A DNA stretch of 64,000 bases from the human T2T-CHM13v2.0 reference genome, Homo sapiens. The position numbers and the translations under genes are program-made. This document shows positions 31,120-46,730 of the stretch, piece by piece. Each line of letters begins with the position of its first letter. Position 1 is the first letter of the stretch. The notes under the pieces were generated by a model that worked only from the letters and a program-made list of their open reading frames with translations, was not told where the DNA came from and did not search any database. Location: assembly GCF_009914755.1 (NCBI RefSeq), contig NC_060940.1; one strand, 5' to 3'.

Positions 31120-32310
31120 TTGTGATATAAAATAAGAAATACATAGTCTCTGCTGTGGGTTCTTAAGTAAAACCCTTGTAGACAGGGGGTTAAGGGGACT
31201 CTTTTGTTCTAATATTTGGGGGGTTTTTTGTTTATTGGTTTCGAGACAGCGTCTTGCTCTGTCACTCAGGCTGGGATGCAGTGGTGTGAACATGGCTCAC
31301 TGCAGCCTCAAACTCCTGGGCTCAAGTGATCCTCCCGCCTCAGCCTCTCGAGTAGCTGGGACTACAGGCACATGCACAACTATGCCTGGCTTATTTTATT
31401 AAAGACGGGGTTTTGCTAAGTTGCCCAGGCTGGTCTGAAACTCCTGGGTTCAAGCGATTCTCCCATCTCGGCCTCCCAAGTAGCTGGGATTACAGGCGTG
31501 AGCCACTGCGCCCAGCCTAATATTCAGTCTTTGACCCTGGTTTTTGACCCAGAACTCCTAAATCCCTTGGAATGCGTCAGCAATAGGAGCACCTTTTGTT
31601 ATAACGAGGGGACTCGGACTCTTTGTGGGTCCCCAGATAGCCTCAGGATGGAGGGCTGGTTGCCAGGAGAACCAACCACATGATTAGAGAGTTGGACCTC
31701 CGGGGAGGGGAGAGGGGCTGAAGGTGAGGTTGATGACCCATGTCCAGTGATGTAACCAATCATACGTATGTAATGAAGTCTCCACAAAAACCCAAAAGGT
31801 CAGGGTTTGGAAGGGCTTCCTGGTTGCTGAACACGTGGAGGTTCCCAGAGGTAGGCGTCCCCGGAGAGCGCATGGCATGCGCTCCCACTGGCATGCCCAG
31901 CCCTGCACACCCCCTTCCACCTGGCTGTTCACCTACAGCCTTTGTCATATCCCTTAAAACAAATGGCTAAAGTGTCTCCCTGAGTTCTGTGAGCTGCTCT
32001 AGATCTATGAAATCTGAGGAGGGAGTTGTGGGAACCTGTTGATTTACAGCCCATTGGTCAGAAGTGCAGGTAAAACAACCTGGGGTTGCAATTGGCATCG
32101 GAAGTCGGGGGCAGTCTCATAGGACTGAGCCCTCATTCTGTGGGATCTGATGCTAACTTCGGGTAGACAGTGTCAGAATTGAATTGAACTAGAGGATGCC
32201 CAGCGTGTCCACTGGAGAACTGCTTGCTGATAAGGAGAAATCCCCACACATTTTAGACACATTCTGTGTTGAGTGTGAGAGAGAAAAACGTTTGGTTTTT
32301 CCTTCAGAAG
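31120..32310 (+). mobile_element. MER21-type LTR interrupted by an antisense Alu (~31225-31517)
   Basis: GAACTCCTAAATCCCTTGGAAT, GGGAGAGGGGCTGAAGG, ACCAATCATACGTATGTAATGAAGTCTCCACAAAAACCC and GTGGGATCTGATGCTAACT...GTCAGAATTGAATTG blocks characteristic of MER21. Confidence 0.75.
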
Positions 32311-32318
32311 GTTATTTA

Positions 32319-32620
32319 TGGCCAGACAAGGTGGCTCACGCCTGTAATCTCAGCACTTTGGGAGGCTGAGGCAGAAGGATCGCTTGAGGCCAGGAGTTTG
32401 AGACCAGCCTGGGCAACATAGCAAGACCCCATCTCTACAAAAAATTAGCCAGGCATGATGGTACACATGTGTAGCTCCAGTTACTTTGGGGGGCTAAGCG
32501 AGGAGGACTGCCTGAGCCCAGGAGGTTGAGACTGCAGTGAGCTACAATTGTGCCACTGCACTCCAGCCTGGGCAACAGAGTCAGACTCTGTCTAAAAACA
32601 AAAACAAAACAAAACAAAAA
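32319..32620 (+). mobile_element. AluJ-like
   Basis: Alu consensus with (AAAAC) tail. Confidence 0.88.
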
Positions 32621-34842
32621 AGGAGGTTCTTTATAACTACTATTTTCATAAAAATATCAAAATACTTACCATGATTTTGATTAGGACACTGAGATGACTT
32701 GCACTGGGTCACTTAGGGAGTAGGGCACAGTGCCGGGATCCCAGCCCAGGGCCCCCACCCTCACTGCCTCCACCCAGAGCTTGCAGAAGGGGCTTTCTTG
32801 AAACAGAAAGAAGAAAAAGGGAGGACAGTTGGGAGGAACAGAAACGCAGCCTAGTCCAGATGGAATAGCAAGTGACGTTTCTGCAACAGCAGAAGGCTTT
32901 GGAGGAGCTCGGAGGGACCGGCGGATGGTCCTGTTTTCACATTCAAGGAGGGTCATTGATCCCACAAAACAGTCTCCACCACCAGAGGTGCCATGGAAGA
33001 TGGGTAGATCTGCTGTGTACGACCCACAGCCGGCCGGCCGCATTGGCACATAGCCTCTGAGCCACTGCCCGTGTGCTGTTCCCTGCGTGGCCCAGAGGGG
33101 CTGGCAGGCACTTAGGCCACCTGAGTCTGGAGGAGAGGCATGGAAGCCCCAGTGTGTGCTGCTGCAGGGAAGGGCGGAGTCCCCTTCCAAACAGGGGAGG
33201 CCGGGCAGCTGGGCCGCACCAGGGGGCTGGGGAGGACAGCTTTGTACTGCTGTTGTTTTCAATTATCACTTAAAATTCATATCAAAATAATCCACACAGA
33301 TATTTAAATAATGAAATAGGTTGGCTCTTTCCGGCCTATTTCCAAGATGACTCCCATTTTACAGATGAGGAAACCGAGGTTCAGAGATGGTCACTGACCA
33401 TGGCCGTAGGTCATAAGTCATGAGTTCAAGATGTGTCCGGCGTCAGACTTTTTTTTTTTTTTTTGAGAGATGGGGTCTCACTGTGTTACCCAGGCTGGTC
33501 TTGAACTCCTGACCTCAAGTGATCCTTCTGCCTCAGCCTCCCTAAGTGCTGGGATTACAGGTGTGAGCCACTGCACCTGGCTGCTACTCTCTTTTCAAAG
33601 GCCATAGCCTCCCCAGAGTTATCTGGAAGGGCAGCGGGAGCTGGGCCCCCAGGGGGTGGTTGTGGGTGGAAAGAAAAGCCCCGCAAGCCCCCAGTGGGAG
33701 GATGGGAGGGAGGCGCTGAGATTTGCCCAGGCCAGGGCAGCAGGGGCAAGGTCACCTGGCAAGGGGACAAAGTCTGGTTCCAGAAAGCTGAGGCTGAGAG
33801 CCCTGGGACACCCAGGCCTGCCCCAGGCAACAGAGCACACAGGCAGGGGGTGGGCGCAGCAGGTGGCTACAGCCGCAGCCTGGTCCCTCGGCCCACTCAG
33901 CCCAGACTGGGAGGACTGGGAAGGCAGGGGCTGCCCTGCTCAGCCCCTCCCTGACAAAGCTGCCCCACACCAACCAGGTGCCTCCAATCCCAGCCCCCAG
34001 GCAGCCTTGGGTGCCTGCACTCTGGGGTCGACCGCAGAGGGGCACCAGGAGTCAGCAGACCCCTCAAAGCACTCCCTAAACCCAGGACGCCTTTGCAGGC
34101 CTTGCCTTCCACGGCACCAGCAGCCTCAAGGCCAAAGGCCACGCACTCTAACTTCCTACCCTGCCAACAGGGAAGGTGGGGGCTTCAGGCGCCAATGACA
34201 GCTTTCATTCATATTTCACCCTATATGATGTCCTGATGGTGTCCTGATGAGAGCTGCAAAGACCAGGTGTCACAGAGGCTGGGGGTGTGGCCTGCAGACA
34301 TGCTTGGCCTCAGATGCAGGATGAGGGCCACGTTGGATATTCAGTCCTGGGGAAGCCAGGCCCATCTGAGAGTGGCCTTCGGATCTGAGGACTAAAGTCC
34401 AAAACAAGGGCTGGAGATCCCTCCCCCAACCCCACAGACACATAAGCTGCCTCCTCTGAAGCCCCCTTGGAAAAAGGAGAAGGGATGCGGGGGAAGGGAG
34501 ACCTCTTGAGATGAGACAGTTTCCTTGGAGAGCTTGACTAAGCCACCATGGACAGCTACACAGGTTGTTCACTGTTCAAGGAGGCCTGGCTGAGAAGGGC
34601 GAGGGCACCTGAAATCTTGACCCCCACCTGGTGCAGAGCTGCCCTGGCTGCCTAGAGGAAGAGGCACCTTTTGAAATTTGCACAGAGCCTGTCTGAAGTT
34701 TGAACTTTAACTGAATATTTTATCCAGAGACGCTGTCTTAAATCTGGAGAGAATAAGTTCTACTTAGCCAGCAAATTTCTTTTTAAATTTATTTTTCCTG
34801 CCATCAGTTTTCCAGAGCAAAATGAGATGAGTTATAGAAACA

Positions 34843-35165
<323 letters not shown>

Positions 35166-35227
35166 ACATGCATTTTGCGTGCATCTGAGTCAGGTGAGAG
35201 CATAGAGTGCATTTCATCAATCACCTT

Positions 35228-36476
35228 ACACACCCCACACACACACACTCACACACACACCACACACCCCCACACACAACCCCCCCACACACACATACAC
35301 ACCACACACACACCCCACACCCCGCACACACACACCACACACCCCCACACACACCCCACACACACACACCACACACACACCACACACACCCCACACCCCC
35401 CACACACCCCCACACACACCCCACACCCCACACACTACACACACCCCACACACACCCCCACACACACCCCACACACACCCCACACACCCCACACCCCCCA
35501 CACCCCCCCACACACCCCCCACACACCACACACACCACACACACTACACACCCCACACACACCCCCACACACACCCCACACACACACACCACACAACCAC
35601 ACACAAACCACACACCCCCACATACACACCACACACCCCACACACACCACACACCCACACACACCCCCACACACATACACACACCACACACCCCCCACAC
35701 ACATACACCACACACCCACACACCACACACACCCCCACACACACCACACCACACAACCACACATACACTACACACCCCACACACACCCCACACACACACC
35801 ACACACCACACCCCTCACACCACACCCACACACATACACCACACACCCCCACACATACCACACACACACACCCCACACACATACACCACACACACCCCTC
35901 ACACATACACACACCCCACACACATACACACCACACACCCCACATACACATACACCACACACACACCCATACACACCACACTCCCACACATACACACCAC
36001 ACACACGCCACACACACCACACACATACACACCAGACATCCACACACACACCACACATCACACACCACATATACACACTACACACACCCCACATACACCA
36101 CACACACCCCTCACACCACACACCCATACACCACACACCCCCGCACACACACACCACACACACACCCCACATACACACCCCACATACACCCCTCACACAC
36201 ACACACACACACACGCCCCAGACACATGCCCCCCACACACCACACACATGCCCCACACACATACACACCACACACACACCCCACACACACCACACACCCC
36301 TCACACCACATACCACACCACACACCCCTCACACCATACACACACATATACACACACCCCACAAACACCCCACACCACACACACTACACACTCATGCACA
36401 CACACATACACATGTGCACATACCCACATGCATGCACATGCATACAAACCACATACACACACACACACACACACAC
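35228..36476. repeat. 1.25-kb degenerate C/A low-complexity tract (CACAC/CCCCA/CATAC)
   Basis: The + strand is almost only C and A with sparse T; it ends in a pure (CA)n run. Source of the His/Thr/Pro and Cys/Val/Gly ORFs. Confidence 0.97.
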
Positions 36477-36726
36477 GAATTATATTCAAGTAAAAAGCAC
36501 CTGGCCCTAGCTGATCCTCCCTTTCCTTCCTAAAAGGCAGAACCGTGCCTCATGCCTAGTTCTGGATCCGGTACCTGTCACACCTCTGGATACGTCTGGT
36601 GATGACTGAAAGAACGAGTGACGCACAAGAGATGTGTCCCAGAGCTAAGGGTGGGAGTTGAGGGTGGGAGTGTGAAGTCAGATGCTTTGCCATCTCCAAA
36701 GGGAAGCTGTAATCACTCCAGCAATC

Positions 36727-37020
36727 TTTTATTTTTCTCTTAAACAGACAGGGTCTTTCTCTGTCACCCAGGCTAGAGTGCAGTGGCACAAGCATAGCTC
36801 ACTGTGGCCTCGAATTCCCAGGCTCAAGAGATCCTCCTGCCTCAGCCTCGAGTAGCTGGGACTACAGGCCCACACCATGCTCAGCTAATTTTTCTACTTT
36901 TGGTTGAGATGAGGTCTCACTATGTTGCCTAGGCTGGTCTCAAACTCCTTGCTTCCAGCGATTCTGCCTCCCGGGCCTCCCAAAGTGTTGAGATTACAGG
37001 CGTGAGCCACCATGCAGGCC
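36727..37020 (-). mobile_element. AluJ-like
   Basis: Reverse Alu consensus. Confidence 0.88.
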
Positions 37021-38779
37021 AAGTCATTCTTAAACAAAAGCCTTATGATTCTAAAGTTGGAGCAATGGGGATGCCAGGGTATCTAATGCTAGGTGGCTTT
37101 TGTGGCTTTTGGTTACAAAGTGCAGCCTGATCCATGCTTAATTCTATTTCTGCCCAGAACCTGGCATGTAATTCTTGTTAACCCCTCGAGGACAGTTCAA
37201 AGCCACAGCCTCCAGCCAGACAGAAACCCAGGGACCTTGCACTCCAAAACGGAGCAGAGTTTCCAAGTGCAGCCCCACCTAGGTCACCTGCAAGCTGGAT
37301 TCTGCAAGCAGCTCTCAAGGCCACGGGGAAAGCCGACCCAGGTGGTCACGGAGTCGTGCTGTGTTCCAGGAAGCCAGTGACTCTTCTGTGCATTGGCCCC
37401 TCCATGCCCTGAGACAAGACATGACCCAGGAAGGGGAAGGAACTGGGCAGACGTGGGGAATCTGGGGCCCAAAGAGACTCAGACTCCACGTTCTCAGCTT
37501 CCGCTCAGCCCGCAGCCAGGCCCAGGCTCTGGCGCTCCACCAGCAGCACCGCAAGGAGCCTGACAGCGCCCCCCGCAGGCCTTTCACTAGGCAGTAAAAT
37601 GGACAGAGCAGCCACGGCGCCCCTGGCTGGAAACAGAGAAAAAGGCAGCATTTGGAATGCTATGGACCTGGTTTAAACTCCTGCCCAGCCACCTTCCAGC
37701 TCTGTGACCCCAGGTGAGTCATGCTTTGGGCCTCCATCTCCTTGTGACTCAATGGGAACAGTGACCGGGATGCTGTCTCCTTCCGCCATCAGAATGTGCC
37801 GTTTAGGAGTAACTGACATGAGCTCAGGGAATTCCCAGGCCCCTAAATCCTGAGGAGCACATAGCAGCCTTGGTGTCCCCAGAGCAGCTGAGAGGAGGTA
37901 GAGCTGAGCCAGCGCTGGCTCTGGAGCCAGGCCTCCAGCTGGACCCCAGCTTTGCTGAAGACTCGCTGTGTGGCCTTGGGTGGGTCACTAAACCTCTGTG
38001 TGCCTCAATTTCCTCATAGGTAAGCATTTGCTCTGAAGGCAGGGAACCCTAAGGGGGTGGGTGTGTGTCTCTAGAAGGCAGGCCCCCGCTGGTCTCTTGT
38101 GGCAGGGGAGGGACAAACCAGTTTTGGAAATGCCTCCGTACATAAAAGCCTCCCGAGGTGTAGCCCTCCCCAGGCAGGCTCTGTGAGGGGAGATTGAGAT
38201 GCTACGCACGTCCTTCCCCAGAGTCTCAATCAGTCTTCCTCGAGTGCCCTTCAGAGGCTGGAAGCAAGGTCGCCGAGACACGGGGAGCTCAGGAATCAGC
38301 TCCAGTGTGGCACCCAGGGACGGTGCTGGGGAAGGCAGGCATGGGTAGGCTGCAGCCTCTGCTAATTGGGGATCACCATCCTCAGGTACTACCCCGACAA
38401 CAGGCTCTGTCTCTGGCCTCAGCCACCAATAATAGTGCCGGACACCCATGTAGGTCAGAGGGTCCCCAGACTACCTCCCACGACCCTCCACAGAGGCCAC
38501 TTCTACCTGACTGGCCCCAGTCCAGGGCTTAGGTTCAAACTGCCACAGACAGCTGGGGTCTCTAGGGTCCGTGAGAACCACCAAAAAGAGTGTGTGCCTC
38601 AGGGGGCAGAACTCTGCCAGGCAGTAATATGATTTATTCCCACTGAAAGTCAGAGGTGTACAGCTGGGCCAATGCACACAAATGCAAGGAAAGGGCTGAA
38701 AGCCACCCACTGAAATGTTATATGGTTTAGGCGAGTCTTTTTATCTGCAAATAATAATCTGTAATAAAGAGGAGGGAGG

Positions 38780-39283
<504 letters not shown>

Positions 39284-40776
39284 CCAAAACCTGAGTGTCT
39301 TTAAAAAAAAAATCTACCTGTTGCCAAAATGCCTGCCGCCTACGTCAGGTCTGTGGATCTCTGGGACGTTTCATTGAAATACTTAACTTTCCAACCCACC
39401 CCTTGGTACCTGACTGACCCAGGGAAAGCTTCTGCCACCCTTCAGAGGCCCCTGGGGGCTCTGAGTCAGGCTCTGACCAGCACCACGGAGCTCTCTCTGC
39501 CCACCCCAGGAGGCCGCATAACCCGGCCTGCTCTCAATGCCTGCCCCCACTCAGCACCTCCAAGCCCTGAGGCAATTAATTAACAAGGCTTTTAAAAGAT
39601 GTTTTCAAATGATACAAACAGGGAAGGGCGGAAAAGGGAGTCCTTGAGCTACAGAAATTCCTCACTGAAGAGCCTTTCACGTAAGTGCTTTTCCCTAAGG
39701 AGCCCAGCAAGGTAAGGCCACGGTGTTCTGAGCAGACACCAAGGACACGGTTTCATTATGTTGAAAATTAGTTAGAAGATGCCTCAGCGGGGCTCTAGAC
39801 CTCTTCCTTGAAGAAAAACCCATTTGGATAAATCTGAAAAATCCTCCTGCACATAAGAATTTTTTGGTGCCTGCTCTGAGCCAAGCCCTACGCTGCCTGC
39901 TAGGGACAGAGAGCCCCCCACTGCCTGCAGGTTCTCATGGTGGTAGGGGTGACACCACGGTTCCTGGGACAAGAGGGGACACAGGTGCTGCGGGGCAGCG
40001 AGGAGGAAGGGGCGCTTGGCAGGGCCTCACAGAGGAGGGCTTCACAGAGATTGGAGGAGGAGGCTTTGGAGGGGTGAGGGAGAAGGAGGGGGATTGATGG
40101 GGCAGCCAGAGTCATTTCAGGGGAGCACCTCAGCTTTTCCCAAGGGCTGGTCTCAGAGATGAGCCACAGTGATCAAACCACAGTCACCAAAATCCTCCGT
40201 GCACACAACACAAGGCCCATCTCGGAGCTGACTCCACCTAAGGAGGAACCAGCTACTGCATGTGCAGTGAAAAGGAGTCCTTCGCCTGCAGCCGGGCACC
40301 AGGCTTGTAGAATTCAGCAAATAATAGTTATTAATAAATGGCCAACAATCATGGCTCTTCTGCCCAGGCCCAAGGAGCCAGCTAGAACTGTCAGCAACCT
40401 TCCTCTCCTGGTCTCAGCTCCTCTGCAGAGGTCTCACGCTGGAGAGGGACACTGGGACAAGGATGTGGCTCAGAAGTGGGCAGGCCTGGTTAGGCCACTA
40501 ACCAATTAGAGTTCTGAATCTCCAAGACCCACAAAACCAGGGGCTGATTTGGTCAAATCTGTGATATTTTTCCTCCTTCAGAATAGAAACCAGTCCCCAG
40601 AAATATCCATAAAAGCCTCAGACACATCTGACCCAGCAATTTCACATGCAGGAATCCAACCTATGGAAACAATCAAACACACAGATTTACACACAAGGAT
40701 GATCACTGCATCGTCAGTGACAGCCTTAGATATTTGTAGAATATCAGTGATAGCCTTAGATATTTGTAGAATATCA

Positions 40777-43164
<2,388 letters not shown>

Positions 43165-44103
43165 CTCCATCCCAGCCCAGCTTACTCCCCATTGGCCTTT
43201 CCTCTGCGCTCCTAAGTCCTACCTGTGTTCTTCTGTCCAAGGGTGGGGTTCACAGGCAACAAATCCTATCCCTTCAACCCCTCCATCTCCAAAGGAAAAA
43301 GCCCTTTCACAGTCTCAGGCACAGACAGCACTCCTGGCCTTCCCTAGCAGGCAGGTGAGGTGGTATATATAGCCCAGGCATAATTGGATGCTAATTCCTT
43401 TCTGCAGAAGAGCCATCGGCATTTCTATTCTCTCCTTTCTGAACTCTGGAGCAGAGCTCGCTGCAGTCGGGAGGCTGTGACTGACATGGACGAGGGCCTG
43501 CCACACAAGCACACATCATGCACGCCCTGCTCACCCCGGCCCAGCCCCTGCCCAGGTGATTCCTATGGAAGTCTCAGAAACAGACATCAACCCACAGCTC
43601 CCCACTTCCCCAGGCCTGGCAACAAGCCAGTCAACGCCTGCCCTCACGTCCAGGTGAGCCAATCTCTCCCTGCCAGGCGCTGTAGTCCACATCAGCAACC
43701 ACCCCATTTGGGCCTGCCCAGTCATCATGATACTTAGCGCAGGAGGAGGTGCTGGTTCCTGATTCTGGACAATTTGATGACAAATGCCGCTTCCACACAT
43801 GAACGTCTGGGCAAAGCCCCAGCTCTCAGACACATCATAGAGCCCCAAGTCCCACCCATCCCCACCCTCACAGAGTCACACCCTCCCTCCCTCTCCAACC
43901 TCTATTCTCACCCAGCCAATCCATCATGAGACCCCACCTCCCTGTCCTCCAGCGAGACTTCAGGCCACGGAGGGCCAGGTCCTGCTGCACATCGTGGGAA
44001 GGAATCTATTCCCTAGCAGGTGGGGGAGGTGGAGCCCACACTTCCCACCCTGGGGGGCAGGGGGAGTGGGTGCCACAGGGGCCACAGGAGTCAGGCAGCC
44101 TGG

Positions 44104-44256
44104 ACTCCAGCCTCCCTCCACCACCAGGCCAACCATCAGCAACACCCCCTCCCAGCCTCCAGCCTCCACCAGTACCAGGCCAACCATCAGTGAGACCCCC
44201 TCCCAGACTGCAGCCTCCCTCCATCATCTGGCCAACTGTCAGTGAGACCCCCTCCC
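44104..44256. repeat. Three-copy ~51-bp minisatellite
   Basis: Units at 44104-44155, 44156-44206 and 44207-44256 sharing CAGCCTCC...GGCCAAC..TCAG...CCCCCTCCC. Confidence 0.85.
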
Positions 44257-44419
44257 CTCGCTGAGTAAGAGCAGTCAGGGAGATGCCATTAGAAGGTGGG
44301 AGACGCCAGGAGCCAGCCCACTCCAAGCCGCACTGCCCACATTCCCATCAGGATGCACCTTGCTGGGAACCCGGCCTCAAGGAGGCTGTGAGTAGCAAGC
44401 AGCTCCCCAGCCAGGGTTT

Positions 44420-44978
44420 CTAGAACAACAACATAGGCATTTTATTTCTTTTCATTAAGCTTCTTAGTTTCTTAGTATCACAATGGAATGATGAGAAAAC
44501 AACAAAAACGTGAGTCTTTGCAAATCTCTGACAAAGAGCAGAGATCTCAAGGCAATTGGGGCGGGGGAGGCTTGACAGAAGTGCCAGAGCAGTTCCAACG
44601 TCACATCTCTCCTTGGCTGGAATGGTGAGAAGGTGGCACTGTCGTGAGCTGTCCTTGGCAATTCTGCCCCATGAGCCACGTGCGCCTGGTCTGCATGGGC
44701 CACCCCGCGGGATTTCCTGGTGCCTCCTAGTACCTGGCCACACACCCCTCCGCCTGCTCCAACGCCCTGGGAGCACCGTCCAGTGCTCAGGTGGACCCAG
44801 AAGCCAGCTCTGCTGGGCAGCGGCAAGATGTGGAGGAGCGGCAGAGGCAGGCAGCGTTGCTTGCGGTGGGAGAAGCCAAGGAGTGTGACCAAGGCCCATC
44901 TGGGAGACATCTGTGGTGGAAGGTAGGGCTGGCGCAGGTGGCAGCAGCAGAAGTCCGTGTCCCCAGGCAGTAGCAGGC
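44420..44978 (-). other. XPO6: XPO6 3' UTR
   Basis: Sequence between the stop codon and the AATAAA; 3' end estimated ~15-25 nt past the hexamer. Confidence 0.85.
44441..44446 (-). terminator. XPO6: XPO6 polyadenylation signal AATAAA
   Basis: tttatt on the + strand, followed on the transcribed strand by a U/GU-rich stretch (UAUGUUGUUGUUCUAG). Confidence 0.88.
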
Positions 44979-45080
44979 CTAGAGCTTCACAGTGCCAGGG
45001 GGCAGGCTGTCGTTGCAGAGTCTGTAGTAGCGCAGGTCGTTGACCAGCCTGTGCACATTCTGGGTGAATGAGGGCAGGTC
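44979..45080 (-). CDS. XPO6: XPO6 last exon, coding part (C-terminus and TAG stop)
   Basis: CAG| DLPSFTQNVHRLVNDLRYYRLCNDSLPPGTVKL-TAG (stop at 44979-44981); matches the exportin-6 C-terminus as I recall it. The ten exons total 1519 nt in one frame. Confidence 0.96.
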   Translation of the reverse strand, partial: DLPSFTQNVHRLVNDLRYYRLCNDSLPPGTVKL

Positions 45081-46333
45081 CTGGAAGGCAGGGGCATAGC
45101 TGCAGCCAACAACACACCAGGTCACCCACCCACCAGACCCCAACAGCTACTTCCATCCCAGAGTGTGCACTGAAGATAGGGGAGCACTTTCTAAAACTCA
45201 AAACTTCTATTCACTGTTGCACTGCGTGTCACAGAGACTCTGTGCCAGGCGCTGTGGGAGAAAAAGAACAAGAGGAATACGTCCCTAGGGCCTCTCGGGT
45301 GCCAGACACTGCTGCAATCAACATACAGACATCAACTCACTGAGTCCTCACCACAAGGCTGCCACCAAGCCCTACCAGAACCACTAGTCTAAGGACAGAA
45401 AGACCAAAGCGCTGCACCATGAAGAAGCTGGCCCCAGCTCACACTGAAGAGACCAGCACACTTGCTCCTGAGTCCGGCCCCTCAAACGCAGACATGGCTG
45501 TGGTGACAGCCCTCTTCTTCACCATGGCCCCTTGAGGTGACGCGCACACCGAGCAATGTCTGCAGAACCTTTACCCACGGGGCTCCAGGCCGCCCCTGCC
45601 CCTCGAGAGCCACCCGAGCAGCAGCAAACACAGTCCCAAGGCCTGTCCCACTGGGCGCAGCGTGGGCCATGGAAGGCCCTGGGCCAGAAGTGAGGCCCTG
45701 ACCTCCGCCATCATGCACACGGTGAGACCCTGCTTTTTTTTTCAGTGTAGGTCCCGGTGAGGACTCAAACAGGCCCAGCAAGCCCCAGCAGAGCCATGAG
45801 CAGGACCAAGTTCATTTTCCTGCCCAACCACTATTCCTCTTCCAGAACTCCATTCAAAGCCTGCCTCTTCCCAAAGTCTGCACAGATGCCTCCTATTTCC
45901 TGGCCCCAGCAGCCAGCTCAGCGCCTCTGTCCTGAGCAATCTGCTTCTGGGGAGTGTGTGCAGGCTCTGGGGCCAGAACACCCAGGTCTGCCTCCTGCTT
46001 CGCAGCTCTACCACTTCCAAGTTCTGTGAACTGCTCACCTTCTGAGCCCCCACCATCTGTGAAATGGGGGAGTAACAGGACCCACACTTCAGAGGCTTGT
46101 TAGAAGGCTTACTCGAGCCAAGACATGTCACATGCTTGGCACTATGTGGTCCACAGAGGGTGCTGTATTGGCCTGTCTACCATGAAAGACTTGGTGAAGG
46201 CTGGGACTGGTGCCCCAGTTCCTGGCCCGGGGCTTGAGAAGCAGCTGGCTTCAAACACACAGTGCGTGACTGAATGGAAGGTGGTGATTCTTTTATTTTA
46301 CCCTCAAAAAACCAACTAAGGGATGTCTTTTAA

Positions 46334-46730
<397 letters not shown>

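Noticed and set aside
44464-45201. 245-aa ORF overlapping the XPO6 last exon and 3'UTR in another frame
   Set aside because: Starts at an intronic TTG, has low-information composition and no recognisable domain.
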